Shown here in pieces: positions 37,083 to 50,658 of a DNA stretch of 64,000 nt. The position numbers and the translations under genes are program-made. Position 1 is the first letter of the stretch, and each line of letters begins with the position of its first letter. Source of the stretch: Malacoraja senta (Eukaryota); assembly GCA_038087875.1 (NCBI GenBank), contig JAXLNO010000110.1:682001-746000 (forward strand), read 5' to 3'. The notes beneath the pieces are model-generated. The model saw only the letters and a list, made by a program, of their open reading frames with translations, was not told the origin of the DNA and made no database searches.

Positions 37083-37614
37083 GCTGGCCAACCCCACCAC
37101 CTCCCTCCGCACCTGGGCGGCAGGAACCCCACGGGGACACGTCCAAGTCCAAACTGATTCAAAACACAGCTCGTCCGAACTCATCATCTCTCCACCCTCT
37201 CCAGTACGTACCATCCCCGTGGCTTCAATCGACAAGAAACTCTCTGCCCCCGTTGAGTTGTAGCGGCGGGGCAGTGACACTCTTTGCTGTACAGCGTTGG
37301 TCGGCCTGTTTCACCCACCTCCCCGTCCGCTTCTGTGTTCGGTATTCGCTATCCAGAGCCTGGATCCAGTGGTTTAAAAAGAAATGTGAACATAAAAGAT
37401 TAACATTGCTAACGGCTCGAGTCCCGCTCCTCATTTTCAACCTTCCCCTCCCCTCCCATCCCCTGCGCTCTGGCCGACCTCCTCTGTTCCCCGACTCGGC
37501 TGTGTATGCGGCAGGTGTTGTTCTCAACCACGGTTTACTAGGAGTGGGCTGGCAGTACTTGTGTAACACATTCAAACCCCCGCCCCATTCAAATATCTCT
37601 GGCTATCAATAACA

Positions 37615-37925
37615 CGGGCGACACGGTGGCGCAGCGGTAGAGTTGCTGCCTCGCAGCGCCAGAGACCCGGCTTCCATCCTGAGTACGGGTGCTTGTCCGT
37701 ACGGAGTTTGTACGTTCTCCCCATGACCTGTGTGGGTTTTCTCCGGCTGCTCCGGTTTCCGCCCCCACTCCACAGACGTAGTCTTGTACGTTGATTGGCT
37801 TGGTATTGTTGTAAATTGTCCCTAGTGTGTTTAGGATAGCGTTGGTGTGCGGGCTGATCGCTGGTCGGCACCAACACGGTGGACTGAAGGGCCTGTTTCC
37901 GCGATATATCTCTAAACTAAACTAA
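37615..37925 (+). mobile_element. tRNA-derived SINE (HE1-like)
   Basis: Full head-core-tail with (taaac)n end. Confidence 0.85.
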
Positions 37926-38269
37926 AAACATTTCACCTTCTTCCCAACCCTTCCAAAATGACTTTGTGTATCAATAATGCTCTGGTCAATGTGTGCTTAT
38001 TGTTCCTGCCTTTGGACAGTTCAGCCTCCATCTGCTGCCATGTTTCAATGTCCTGTAAACTTGGCTGATTAAGCCTGAAGAAGGGTCTCGATCCGAAACG
38101 TCACCCATTCCTTATCTCCAGAAATGCTGCCTGACCCGCTGAGTTACTCCAGCATTTTGTGTCTATCTCCTGTAATCTTAACCGGATCAAAATATCGATT
38201 GGTCATTAAGATGCCCCATTGCCTGCGGTCTTGTGCAGTTTGATATGGGCAAAGTGCCCATAATTTTAG

Positions 38270-38565
38270 TTTTGTTTGGAGATTTAAACAGGCCTTTCAG
38301 TCCACTGAGTCAGTGCCGACCGGCGAACCCCCGCTCACTAGCACTATCCTACACACTAGGGACAATTTACAATTTTACCAAGCTGAATAACCTTCAAAGC
38401 TAGCTGTACATCTTTGGAGTGTGGGAGGAAACCGGAGCTCCCGGAGAAAACCCATACAGGTCACGGGAGAAAGTACAAACACCGTACAGACAGCAGCTGC
38501 AGTCGGGATGGAACCGGGGTGTCTGGCGCCGTGAGGCAGCAACTCTACCGCTGCGCCACCGCGCC
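38270..38565 (-). mobile_element. tRNA-derived SINE (HE1-like)
   Basis: Reverse-complement copy of the same family. Confidence 0.82.
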
Positions 38566-39024
38566 GCTCCTTCTTCCATTGCCCCGCGAGTCCGCACGGC
38601 GCCTGGTTCTGGGTTTCTGCCACCTTGCCGTGAGCTGTCTGCAGCGGGTCGAGGTTCTCCAGCCCACTCTTCCATCCATTTTGAGCCGTTGACAGTTCAC
38701 CGCCACCACGTACAAGTATGACTGCGGAAGGAGTCAGCATCTGAAGACGTTGTCAGCGAGGCTTTCAGACAAGAAGATCGCTCTGTGGCCACCCACATCC
38801 TTCACGTAACGGGTTGACACGATCCGTGGAATATTTAATCTCCCAGAACCCTTTCGTCTGGGCTTATAGCGGAGATGAAAGTCGTCTTCTGAGGAAAAAA
38901 ACTCGCAGGCAAAAATGAGTTGTATTTCTGATGAGGGGAAAGTGATGATCCAACGGAGCTAGGTTTGGGTTTAATGTTGTCACATGTACCCAGGTACATT
39001 TCAAAAGCTTTGTTGTGCATGCTA

Positions 39025-41916
39025 CAGAGCCCTCCACAATTTTTGGGACAAAGACCCATCATTTATTTATTTATTTGCCTCTGTACTCCACAATTGAGAT
39101 TTGTAATCGACAAAAACACATGTGGTTAAAGTGCACATTGTCAGATTTTATTAAAGGCCATTTTAATACATTTTGGTTTTACCATCAGCGCAGCATTTGA
39201 TACTGTCGACCACACCATCCTAATTGACCGTCTCCGGTATGGGGTTGGTATTGATGGCACTGCCCTGAGCTGGTTCATCTCCTACCTCAAAGGTAGGAGT
39301 TTCTCTACTAACATAGGCAACTCTTTCTCCTCCCCAGCTAGCCTCTGCTATGGGGTTCCTTCCACAAGGTTCCATCCTTGGCCCCATTCTCTTCTCCCTG
39401 TATATGCTCCCCTTAGGCCAAGTCGTTGAAAGGCACGGCATTTCCTTCCATTGCTACGCAGACGATACACAACTCTATATTCCTCTGAAGCCCAAAAAAC
39501 AATCAAATCTGCTTAACCTTACCCACTGCCTCGAGGATATAAAGTGTTGGATGGCCCAGAACTTCTTCCAACTAAACGAGAGTAAGTCTGAGGTCATCCT
39601 CTCGGCCCCTCGGACTCAATCAAAATGATAGCAGGCAGTCTTGGAAGCCTTACCCCACTACTCAAACCTCACGTCAAAAACCTTGGCGTGATATTTGACT
39701 CAGCACTGAAATTTGACACACAAGTCAATGCCGTGGTAATAGCTAGCTTCTTTCAGCGACGATAGCTAAAATAGAACAATTCCTCCAGTTTGATGACCTC
39801 GAAAAGATCATCCACACATTTATCTCCTCCCGCCTAGATTACTGCAACTCCCTTTACACTGGCATCAGCCAATCTTCCCTGTCCCGCCTGCAACTGGTCC
39901 AAAACGCCGCAGCGAGACTCCTGACGGGCACCCGAAAAAGGGACCACATCACCTCGATCCTGGCCTGTCTCCACAGGCTCCCTGTGCGGTTCCATATAAA
40001 CTTCAAGATCCTCCTCCATGTCTACAAAGCCCTCAATGGGCTTGCCCCCACCTACATAAAAAGTCTTCTCACCCACCACTCCACCTCCAGGCCCCTCAGA
40101 TCGGCCGACTTGGGGTTGCTGAATATCCCACGGTCTAGGCATAAGCTCAGGGGCGACCGCACCGTTGCGGTTGCAGCCCCTAGACTGTGGAACAGCATCC
40201 CCTTTCCCATCAGAACTGCCCCCTCCATCGACTCTTTTAAGTCAAGACTAAAAACGTATCTATACTCCCAAGCCTTTCCTGACGTCCTCTGAGTTAGGGC
40301 TACATGTATATATGTATGTAGCTTGTTTTGTTTATGCTATTCTTATAACAAATGAAAAGCACTTTGGCCAACGAGAGTTGTTTTTTAAATGTGCTATATA
40401 AATAAATGTGACTTGGCTTGACTTGACCATGTAGAAATTACAGCAGTGTTTATACATAGTCTCCCATTTCAGGGCACCATAATGTTTGGGACACAGCAAT
40501 GTCATGTAGATGAAAGTAGTCATGTTTAGTATTTTGTTGCATATCCTTTGCATGCAATGACTGCTTGAAGTCTGCGATTCATGGACATCACCAGTTGCTT
40601 GGTGTCTTCTCTGGTGATGCTCTGCCAGGTCTGTATTGTAGCCATCTTTGGCTTATGCTTGTTTTGGGGGCTAGTCCACTTCAGTTTTCTCTTCAGCATA
40701 TAAAAGGCAGGCTCAATTGGGTTCAGATCAGGTGATTGACTTGGCCACTCAAGAATTGACCAGTTTTTAGCTTTGAAAAACTCCTTTGTTGCTTTAGCAG
40801 TATGTTTGGGATCATTGTCTTGCTGTAGAATGAACCGCCGGCCAATGAGTTTTGAGGCATTTGTTTGAACTTGAGCATATAGGATGTGTCTATACTTCAG
40901 AATTCATTATGCTACTATCATCAGCACTTGTATCATCAATGAAGATAAGTGAGCCAGTACCTTCAGCAGCCATACATGCCCAGGCCATAACACCCCCACC
41001 CCCACCACGGTGTTTCACAGATGAGGTGGTATGCTTTGGATCTTGGGCAGTTCCTTCTCTCCTCCTTTGCCCTTGCCATCACTCTGGTTATAAGTTAATC
41101 TTTGTTTCATCTGTCCACAAGACCTTTTTCCAGAACTGTGGTTGCTTCTTTTAAGTACTTTCTTGTCAAACTGTAACCTGGCCATCCTATTTTTGCGGCT
41201 AACCAGTGGTTTGCATCTTGCCAGTGTAGCCTCTGTATTTCTGTTCATGAATTCTGCGGACAGTGGTCATTGACAAATCCACACCTGACTCCTGAAGAGT
41301 GTTAATGATCTGTCAGTCAGGTGTTTGGGGATTTTTCTTTATTATAGGGAGAATTCTTCAGTCATCAGCTGTGGAGGTCTTCCTTGGCCTGCCAGTCCCT
41401 TTGCGATTAGTAAGCTGACCAGTGCTCTCTTTCTTCTTAATGATGTCCCAAACAGTTGATTTTGGTAAGCCTAAGGTTTGGCTGATGTCTCTAACAGTTT
41501 TATTCTTGTTTCTCAGTCTCATAATGGCTTCTTTGGCACAACTTATGGTCCTCGTGTTGATAAACAGCAATAAAAGTTTCCAAAGGTGATGGAAAGACTG
41601 GAGGAAAGACTAGGTGTTGAGAGCTCTCATACCTGCATTAAGGAGACATTTAAACACATCCCTCAGCAATTACAAACGCCTGTGAAGCCATGTGTCCCAA
41701 ACATTATGGTGCCCCTGAAATGGGGGGACTATGTATAAACACAGCAGTAAGTTCTACATGGTGAACCAAAATGTATAAAAATGGCCTTTAATAAAATCTG
41801 ACAATGTGCACTTTAACCACATGTGATTTTTCTTTCTATTACAAATCTCAAATTGTGGAGTACAGAAGCAAATAAATAATGATGCGTCTTTGTCCCAAAC
41901 ATTATGGAGGGCACAG
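39025..41916 (-). mobile_element. Tc1-family DNA transposon, same family, TA TSD, interrupted by L2
   Basis: TA|cagagccctcc...ggagggcacag|TA; body similar to 28490-30099. Confidence 0.92.
39186..40425 (+). mobile_element. L2-clade LINE, 5'-truncated
   Basis: SAAFDTVDH, PQGSILGPILFSLYMLPLG, HCYADDTQLY and AAPRLWNS; (gactt)n tail; accat duplicated on both sides. Confidence 0.9.
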
Positions 41917-42865
41917 TATCTAATCACATCAGAAAATACTATACATTGTTCATGGGTTATAGGAGCAGAAGTAGGCCATTCGACCCTTCTTCAGCATGAT
42001 GTCAGGGGAGTGGGAGATACAATGATCTATTCTGCATCTTACTTGATCCTTTGTCCTGTTTTCACACCATACCACTTCCTTATCGATGTACCTCCCTCTC
42101 CCCTGACATCAGTCTGAGGAAGGGTCTCGACCCAAAATGTCAACCATTCCTTCTCTCCAGAGATGCTGCCTGATCCGCTGAGTTACTCCAGCATTTTGTG
42201 TAGATTTTAATGTGCAATAGGCCATGGTTCACTTACCTGGGACTGCCACTCGATTCAGAAGCAGATTCAGTATCGGGGCTTTAGGTCAGTGACGGACTGA
42301 GTAGCGTCACGTAACACGCCAAATGGCGCTCTCAATACGAGGGAGGTGTGCGCTTTGTGGAAAATGTCTCATGGAATCTGTGGCTCAGTTACAAACACAA
42401 TGGGGCTGGGCCATTCAGCCCTTCGAGCCCGCCCTGTCCCACAGTGGTTGAGTTTTTACTGTCCACGTTTCCTGAAATACTTCGGAGAGATGGGGCTTTC
42501 AAAAACAATTTCCACCACCCTGCTGGGTCTCCCCATCAATCTTGACAGCCCCACACTGGATCCCTCCTTTGACCTTGGCAGCCCTTCCCACCGGTTTCCC
42601 TCTTCAATCTCGGTGACTCCAACACCACCCCACCCCTCCACACCCCCCACCCCCACGGGTCCCTCCTGCGTTCTAAGTGGGAGAGCCTGAGGGGAGACCT
42701 GATAGTGTTTTAAGTTATGAGGCATAGATCAGGTAAACAGTTAGAACCTTTTTCCCTACCAAAGTTGGAATGTAAAGACAAGCGGGTAGAGATTTAAGGT
42801 GAGAGGAGGGTGGGAGGGTGTTTTTAGAGGATATTAAACACTAAGGTTTTACACAGAGAGTGTAA

Positions 42866-43125
42866 AGGGCCTGTCCCACTTACGCGATTTTTTTTCGGCG
42901 ACTTTCTGGCACCCGTCATAGTCGCAGCAGGTCGCCGAAAATGTTCAAAATGTTGAAAATCCAGCGGCGACCAGAAAAAGGTACGCCTTTTGGGCGACAT
43001 GTCGCGGGGTGACTCCACTATGGTCATGAGTAGTCACCCAACATTTTGACATTTTTCGGCGACCTGCTGCGACCATGATGGGTGCCGGCAAGTCGCTGAA
43101 AAAATTGCGTAAGTGGACAGGCCCT
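42866..43125. mobile_element. PIF/Harbinger-type MITE
   Basis: TIRs agggcctgtcccactt... / ...aagtggacaggccct, flanked by TAA on both sides. Confidence 0.82.
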
Positions 43126-43221
43126 TAATGAGGTAGATGGGAGGTTAGAACCGCTCTCTAGTTGGTGAGAGGATGGTTCAGTTGCCTGATGACAGCTGGG
43201 AAGAAACTGTCCCTGAATCTG

Positions 43222-44635
43222 GAGAGAAAACGGGGAATTACAGACCAGTTAGCCTGACTTCGGTGGTGGGAAAGATGCTGGAGTCAATTATTAAAGCGGT
43301 AATAATGGGGCATTTGGATAGCAGTAAAAGGATTAGTCCAAGTCAGCATGGATTTATGTAAGGAAAATCATGCTTGACTAATCTTCTGGAATTTTTGAGG
43401 ATGTGACAAGTAAAATGGATGAAGGGGAGCCAGTGGATGTAGTGTATCTAGACTTTCAGAAAGCCTTTGATAAGGTCCCGCTAGGGAGACTGGTGACTAA
43501 AATTAGAGCACATGGTATTGGGGGTAGGGTGTTGACGTGGATAGAAAATTGGTTGACAGACAGGAAGCAAAGAGTAGGAGTGAACGGGTCCTTTTCAGAA
43601 TGGCAGGCAATGGCGAGTGGTGTGCCGCAAGGCTCGGTGTTGGGGCCGCAACTGTTGACCATATATATTAATGATTTGGAAGAGGGAATTAGGAGCACCA
43701 CTAGTAAGTTTGCGGATGACACAAAGCTGGGTGGCAGTGTGAACTGTGAAGAGGATGTTAGGAGGTTGCAGGGTGACCTGGGACAGGTTGAGTGAATGGG
43801 CAGATGCATGGCAGATGCAGTATAATATAGATAAATGTGAGGTTATCCACTTTGGTGGCAAAAACAAGGGGGCAGATTATTATCTCAATGGGGTTAGTTT
43901 AGGTAAGGGGGAGGTACAGCGAGACCTGGGTGTCCTTGTACACCGGTCACTGAAAGTTGGCGTGCAGGTATAGCAGGCAGTGAAGAAAGCTAATGGAATG
44001 TTGACCTTCATGACAAGAGGATTTCAGTATAGGAGTAGAGAGGTTCTTCTGCAGTTGTATAGGGCTCTGGTGAGACCACATCTGGAGTATTGTGTACAGT
44101 TTTGGTCTCCTAATTTGAGGAAGGACATCCTTGTGATTGAGGCAGTGCAGCGTAGGTTCACGAGATTGATCCCTGGGATGGCGGGACTGTCATATGAGGA
44201 AAGATTGAAAAGACAAGGCTTGTATTCACAGGAGTTAGAAGGATGAGGGGGAATCTTATAGAAACATATAAAAATTTATAAAAGGACTGGACAAGCTAGA
44301 TGCAGGAAAAATGTTCCCAATGTTGGCGAGTCCAGAACCAGGGGCCACAGTCTTAGAATAAAGGGGAGGCCATTTAAGACTGAGGTGAGAAAAAACTTTT
44401 TCACCCAGAGAGTTTTGAATTTGTGGAATTCCCTGCCACAGAGGGCAGTGGAGGCCAAATCACTGGATGATTATAGAGATAGTTAGATAGAGCTCTAGGG
44501 GCTAGTGGAATCAAGGGATATGGGGAGAAGGCAGGCACGGGTTATTGATTGGGGACGATCAGCCATGATCACAATGAATGGCGGTGCTGGCTCAAAGGGC
44601 CGAATGGCCTCCTGCACCTATTTTCTATGTTTCTA
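43222..44635 (+). mobile_element. CR1 LINE 3' part
   Basis: RT motifs in ORFs 43403-43795 and 43980-44246. Near-identical to 26650-27960 and 55680-56905. Confidence 0.93.
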
Positions 44636-45149
44636 TATGTGCGTTTTCACACTTCTGTACTTCTTGCCCGATGGGAGAGGGGAGAAGAGTGAGTGGTCCT
44701 TGATTATGCTGCTGGCCTTGACGAGGCAGCGTGAGGTGTAGATGGTCATTGGAAGGGAGGTAGGTTTGTGTGATGGAATCACAGTTTTGTTGCCATTTCC
44801 AAGTCCCAGTTGTTGTAAGTGCGGGGATCTTGATCTGACCATGAAGGTCTGTTGTCCTGGTGGCGTTGCGGTATCGGCCTGGCCAAGCGAAGCCGCGGTG
44901 TCCTCCGCTGCTGCTCCATTGATGTAGGCCACGTGCGGTCCACGTGCCCGGCCTCTTGGAGGGGCGTCCTTTCCAGCCGTGCCCCAGGCTGCTACAGGGC
45001 CTCCAGTGGCCACTCCCCCCGTCGAGGATGTGCATTCCCTCCCACAGACGGTCCGCTTATTTTGCCAACTTAATGATGAAATGTTTTATCTCCGTCCTTA
45101 ATAACCAAGTCATTATTTTGAAATTGAGACACCTGATTCTAAAACGCTC

Positions 45150-45780
45150 AAGTTTAATTTAGTTTAATGTCACGTGTATCGAGGTGCGGTGAAAAGCTTT
45201 TTGTTGCCTGCTATCCAGTCAGTGGAAAGGCTGTGCATGATACTGGATTATGGGAATAACGTTTAGCGCAAGATGAAGCCTAATTAAAGATATTCCAAAC
45301 ATTACCAATGAGGTAGATGGGAGGTCAGGACCGCTCTCTAGTTGGTGATAGGGATGGTTCAGTTGCCTGATAACAGCTGGGAAGAAACTGCCCCTGCATC
45401 TGGAGGTGTGCATTTTCACACTTCTATACCTCTTGCCCGATGGGAGAGGGGAGAAAAGTAAGACTGGTCCTTGATTATGCTGCTGGCCTTGCCGAGGCAG
45501 GGTGAAGTGTAGATGGAGCCAATGGAAGGGAGGTTGGTTTGTGTGATGGTCTGGGCTGCGTCCACAACTCTCGATGATTCTTGCGGTCTTGGATGGAGCT
45601 GTTCCCAAACCGTGCTGAGATGCATCCCGATAAAATGCTTGTGTAAAAACTGTTGAAGGTTGTTGGGGACGTGCCGAACTCTTAAGCCTTCTGAGGAAGA
45701 AGAGGCGTTGGTGTGCTTTCTTGGCCTTTGCTTGGATGTGACTGGCCCAGGACAAGCTACAGGTGATATTTACTCAGAGG
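45150..45780 (-). mobile_element. Rex1/Babar-like LINE 3' fragment
   Basis: WASHIQAKAKKAHQRLFFLRRLK and PLPSGKRYRSVK...SFFPAVIRQLN. Related pieces lie at ~3110-3530, 44640-44780 and 48170-48450. Confidence 0.8.
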
Positions 45781-45899
45781 GACTTGATCTCCTTGAATCA
45801 AACCAGGGAATAATCACTGACAGCCCTAGAAGAGTTCTGTATGTTATAATACCACCTCTTATTCTTCTTCAACAACCCCACCAACCTGCAGTTCAATTT

Positions 45900-46210
45900 A
45901 GGGTGGCACGGTGGCCCAGCGGTACAGTTGCTACTTTACAGCACCAGAGACCGGGTAGCATCCTGGCTACGGGTGCTGTCTGTACAGAGTTTGTACGTTC
46001 TCCCCATGACTTGCATGGGTTTTCTCCGGGTGCTCCGGTTTCCTCCCATACTCCAAAGACGTACAGGTTTGTAGGCTAATTGGCTTTGTATCATTGTAAA
46101 TTGTTCCGAATGTGTGTGGATAATGTTGGTGTGCGGGGATTGCTGGTGGGGTGGACTCGGTGGGCCGAAGGGCCTGTTGCCGCGCTGTATAAACTAAACT
46201 AAACTAAACA
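45900..46210 (+). mobile_element. tRNA-derived SINE (HE1-like)
   Basis: Same head, core and tail with (taaac)n. Confidence 0.82.
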
Positions 46211-47524
46211 TGCAATTGGCCATCCTTCACAAAAGATACACCTTCACTCCCTCTATCACAGGTGCATCTAAACTTGGTTGGAAGACCAGAGTATGACTTC
46301 CCCTCGATATATTAAAAATAGTGCTGGAAGAACTCAGTCTTTGGAGTGTGGGAGAAACAGGAGCACCCGGAGAAAGCCCACGCAGGTCACGGGGAGAAGG
46401 TGCAAACTCTGTACGGACAGCACCCGTGGTCAGGATCGAACCCGGGTCTCTGGCGCTGTGAGGCAGCAACTCTGCACCACCTTTAAAGTGGTCATCTTTT
46501 CAAGATAGTTATATCCACCCATGGGGAAGTCCATATTTGGTCACATGTATTGTGCACTTATGCTCAGTTCACCTTGGCCTACATGATCTCCCAGTTGTCC
46601 AAACATTTTAACTTTCTGTCTGGGCCTCCCCCACTGTCAGAGTGAGGCCCGGCGCAAATTTGAGGAACAGCACCTCATATTGCGCTTGGGCAGCTTACAC
46701 CCCAGCGGTATGAAGACTGATTTCATAAATTTGAAGTAATTTCTCCGTACACTCCCCTCCACCCCTTGTCCCTATCTTCCACCCCTAGTCGTAACCAGTT
46801 CCACCGTCCTCCACAACATTGTATCCTTGAGCATTTGTGTATCAGAGCACCACCTTGCCTGAGGTCATTTGTGGCTGAACCTTGATTGTTCCTGGTCTAT
46901 GCTTGCACCGTGCATTGTGGCGCCGCGGTAGAGTTGCTGCCTTACAGCGCTTGCAGCGCCAGAGATCCGGGTTCAATCCCGACTACGGATGCTGTCAGTA
47001 CGGAGTTTGTACCTTCTCCTCGTGACCTGCGTGGGTTTGCTCCTCCGAGATCTTCTGTTTCCTCCCACACTCCAAAGACCTGTTGTGTAGTGTTTGTAGG
47101 TTAATTGGCATTGTGTAAATGTAAAAAATGTCCCTAGTGTAGGATAGTGTTAGTGAGCAAGGATCGTTGGTCGTCGTGGACTTGGTGGGCTGAAGGGCCT
47201 CAACTAAACTGTTCACCCAGCCCTCCCGCCCCTCTACCCTCGCTACAGTCAGTCTGAAGAAAGGTCCCAACCCGAAACGGCACCTATTCCTTTTCTCCAG
47301 AGATGCTGCCTCTCCCGCTGAGTTACTCCAGCACTTTGTGTCTATGTTTTGTCAGTTCACTAACCCTTCTGATATTCTCCCTGCAAAGCCCCTCTGTATC
47401 CTGTAACAGTTTGTGTTCAGCAGCAAACACTGGCCTCCTGTGAAAGACACAAACCGCTGGAGTAACTCAGCTGGTCAGGCTGATTGCTTCAGTTCAGTTT
47501 AGTTTATTGTCACGTGACAGTGAA

Positions 47525-48150
47525 AACATAGAAAATAGTACAGATAGGCCATTCGGCCCTTCAAGCCAGCATCGCCATTCAACGATCACGGCTGATCATC
47601 CAAAATCAGTACCCCGTTCCTCCTTTCTGTCCATATCACTTGATTCCAATAGCCCTTAGAGCTAAATCTAACTCTCTTGAAGACATCCAGTGAATTGGCC
47701 TCCACTGCCTTCTGTGGCAGAGAATTCGGCAGATTCACAACTCTGCGTGAAAAAGTTTTTCCTCATCTCAGTCCTAAATGGCCGACCCCTTATTGTTAAA
47801 CTGTGTGACCTGTGGTTCTTGACTCCCCCATCATGGAGAACATTTTTCCTGCCTGTCCAATCCCTTAATAATTTTATATGTCTCTATAAGATGCCCTCTC
47901 ATCCTTCTAAATTCCAGTGAATATAAGCCCAGTCAATCCATTCTTTCATCATATGTCAGTCCCACCATCCCGGGAATTAACCTGGTGAACCTACGCTTAA
48001 CTCCATCAATAGCAAGAATGCCCTTCCTTAAATTAGGAGACCAAAACTGCACACAATATTCCAGGTGTGATCGCACCAGGGCCCTGTACAACTGCAGTAG
48101 GACCTTGCTCCTATACTCAAATCCTCTCGTTATGAAGGCCAACGTGCCTT
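47525..48150 (-). mobile_element. CR1 LINE 3' fragment
   Basis: ORF 47933-48142 GFEYRSKVLLQLYRALVRSHLEYC plus tail. Confidence 0.85.
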
Positions 48151-49556
48151 TGTTGCCAAAAGCGTGCTAGCCAATCAACAGAAAGACAATACATGATTAC
48201 AATCGAGCCATTTACTGTAAAAATACATGAATATACGGAATAACGTTTAATGCAAGGTAAAACCAGCATAGTCCGATCACGGATAGTCCGAGGGTCACCA
48301 AAGAGGTAGATAGTAGCTCAGCACTGTTCTCTAGTTGTGGTAGGATGATTCAATTGCCTGATAACAACTGGGAAGAAACTGTCCATGAATCTGGAGGTGT
48401 GCGTTTTCACACTTCTGTACCTTTTGCCCGAGGGGAGAGGGGAGAGGACGTCTGCTTCAGGTTGTTTATAGTTCTCGTGAGGTAGCTTATCCCGCAGCCG
48501 TCCTCGAGGGCACGAGACCCCCCTGGTTCCTCTCACCAGGCCCTTTGTCCAGTGTCCACCGTCGTCTCCCTCCACCCCCCTCCCCGAGTCCCGGTCCACT
48601 GATGGGCCACGTGGGGAAGCCTAGGGAACGGTAGGTGAGTTTACAATGTCTGCTTGAATGGTACGGCACGGTGGCGCAGCAGCAGAGTCGCTGCCGTGCA
48701 CCGCTTGCTGCAGCGCCGGAGACCCGGGTTCCATCCCGACTACAGGTGCTGTCTGTACGGAGTTTGTACGTTCTCCACGTGACCGCTGAAGAAGGGTCTT
48801 AAACCGAAACGTCACCCATTCCTTCTCTCCAGAGATGATGCCTGTCCCGTTGAGTTACTCCAGCATTTTGTGTCTATCTCCTTGTGGACCTGCGTGGGTT
48901 TACTCCGAGATCTTCAGATTCCTCCCAGGCTCCAAAGACATACAGGTTTGTAGGTCAGTTGTCTTGGGTTTGTGTACTTGGTGTAAGCGGACTCGGTGGG
49001 CTAAAGGGGCTGTTTCCTCACTGTATCTCTAAACTAAACTAAACTGAAAGGGGCTGTCATGACTTTAAACTAATCCATGTCATAGTCACACACCATGGAC
49101 CAGGCCATGCTGACCAACATGACCCATCTACGCTAGTCCCACCTGCTTGCATTTGGCCCAAATCCCTCTAAACCTGTCTTATCCATACACTATCCAAATG
49201 TCTTTTAAATATTATTATAGTCCTGCCTCATCTACCTCCTCTGGCAGCTCGTTCCATACACCCACCACCCTCTGTGTTGATATGTTGCTCAGGTTCCCAT
49301 TAAATCTTTCCCCTCTCTTAAACCAATGTCCTCTGGTTCTTGATCACCCTATTCTGGGGAAAGAGACTCCATGCATTCACCCTATCTATTTGCCTCATGG
49401 TTTTATACACCTCTATAAGATCACCCCTCAGCCTCCTGCGCTCCAAGGAATAAATTCCTAGCCTGCCCAACCTCGGCCTGTAGCTCAGGCCCTCAATTCC
49501 TGGCAACATCTTTGTAAATCTCTCCTGCTGTCTTTCCAGATTGACAATGTATTTTC

Positions 49557-50300
49557 TGCAGGTGAGTTTATACTGAGCGCACTAGTGGGACACAGGTGAG
49601 TTTAAAGGGAGCGCATTAGTCGACTGCAGGTGAGGTTATACTGCGCGCACCAGTGGGGTACAGGTGAGTTTATACTGAGTGCACCAGTGGCCTACAGGTG
49701 AGTTTAATGAGAGCGCACTAGTGCAGTACAGGTGAGTTCAAAGGGACCACCAGTGGGGTACAGGTGAGTTTATACTGAGCGCACTAATGGTGTACAGGTC
49801 AGTTTAAAGGGAGCTCACTAGTGGGATACAGATGCGTGTAAAGGGAGTGCACTAGTGGGGTACAGGTGTTTCCACTGAGTGCACTAGTGGGGGTACAGGT
49901 ATACTGAGTGCACTAGTAGGGTACAGGTGAGTGTAAAGGGAGTGCACTAGTGGGGTACAGGTGTTTACACTGAGTGCACTAGTGGGTACAGGTATACTGA
50001 GTGCACTAGTAGGGTACAGGTGAGTGAAGGGAGCGCACTAGTCGGGTGCTCGTGAGTTTATACTCGGTGCTCTGGTTAGATGCAGGTGAGTGATTACTGA
50101 GCGTACTTGTGGGGTACAGTTGATATTGAAGGGAGCGCACTCATGGCGTTTATTCAGTGGTGAGCTAATACTGGACACACTAGTAGGGTACAGTTGAGTT
50201 TAAGTGGAGCACACTAGTGAGGTACAGGTGAGTTTAAAGAGAGCGCACTAGTGGGATACAGGTGAGTTTAGAAGGAGTGCACTAGTGCGGTACAAGTGAA
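49557..50300. repeat. 34-bp satellite, diverged block
   Basis: Variants of actagtggggtacaggtgagtttaaagggagcgc. Confidence 0.92.
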
Positions 50301-50658
50301 TCTACATCGGCGAGACCAGGCGCAGGCTCGGCGATTGTTTCACTGAACACCTCTGCTCAGTCCATCTTAACCTACCTGACCTCCCGGTGGCTCAGCACTT
50401 CAACTCCTCCCATTCTCATCTGACCTTTCTGTCCTGGGTCTCCTCCATTGTCAGAGTGAGGCCCAGCACAAATTGGAGAAACAGCACCTCATATTTCGCT
50501 TGGGTAGTTTATACCCTAGCGGTATGAACATTGACTTCTCTAACTTCAAGTAGCCCTTGCTTTCCCTCTCTCCATCCCTCCCCCATCCAGTTCTCCCACT
50601 AGTCTTACTGTCTCCGACTACATTCTATCTTTGTCCCGCCCACTCCCCTGACATCAGT

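Noticed and set aside
36944..37612. 222-aa ORF as an independent gene
   Set aside because: It is the UBA exon read through an apparent 1-nt insertion into the 3' UTR.
37083..38000. UBQLN4 polyadenylation site
   Set aside because: No canonical AATAAA or ATTAAA that I can confidently assign; the 3' end is left undefined.
42230..42245. U1 snRNA 5' end (ACTTACCTGG)
   Set aside because: The match ends after 10 nt. It is better read as a minus-strand splice donor.
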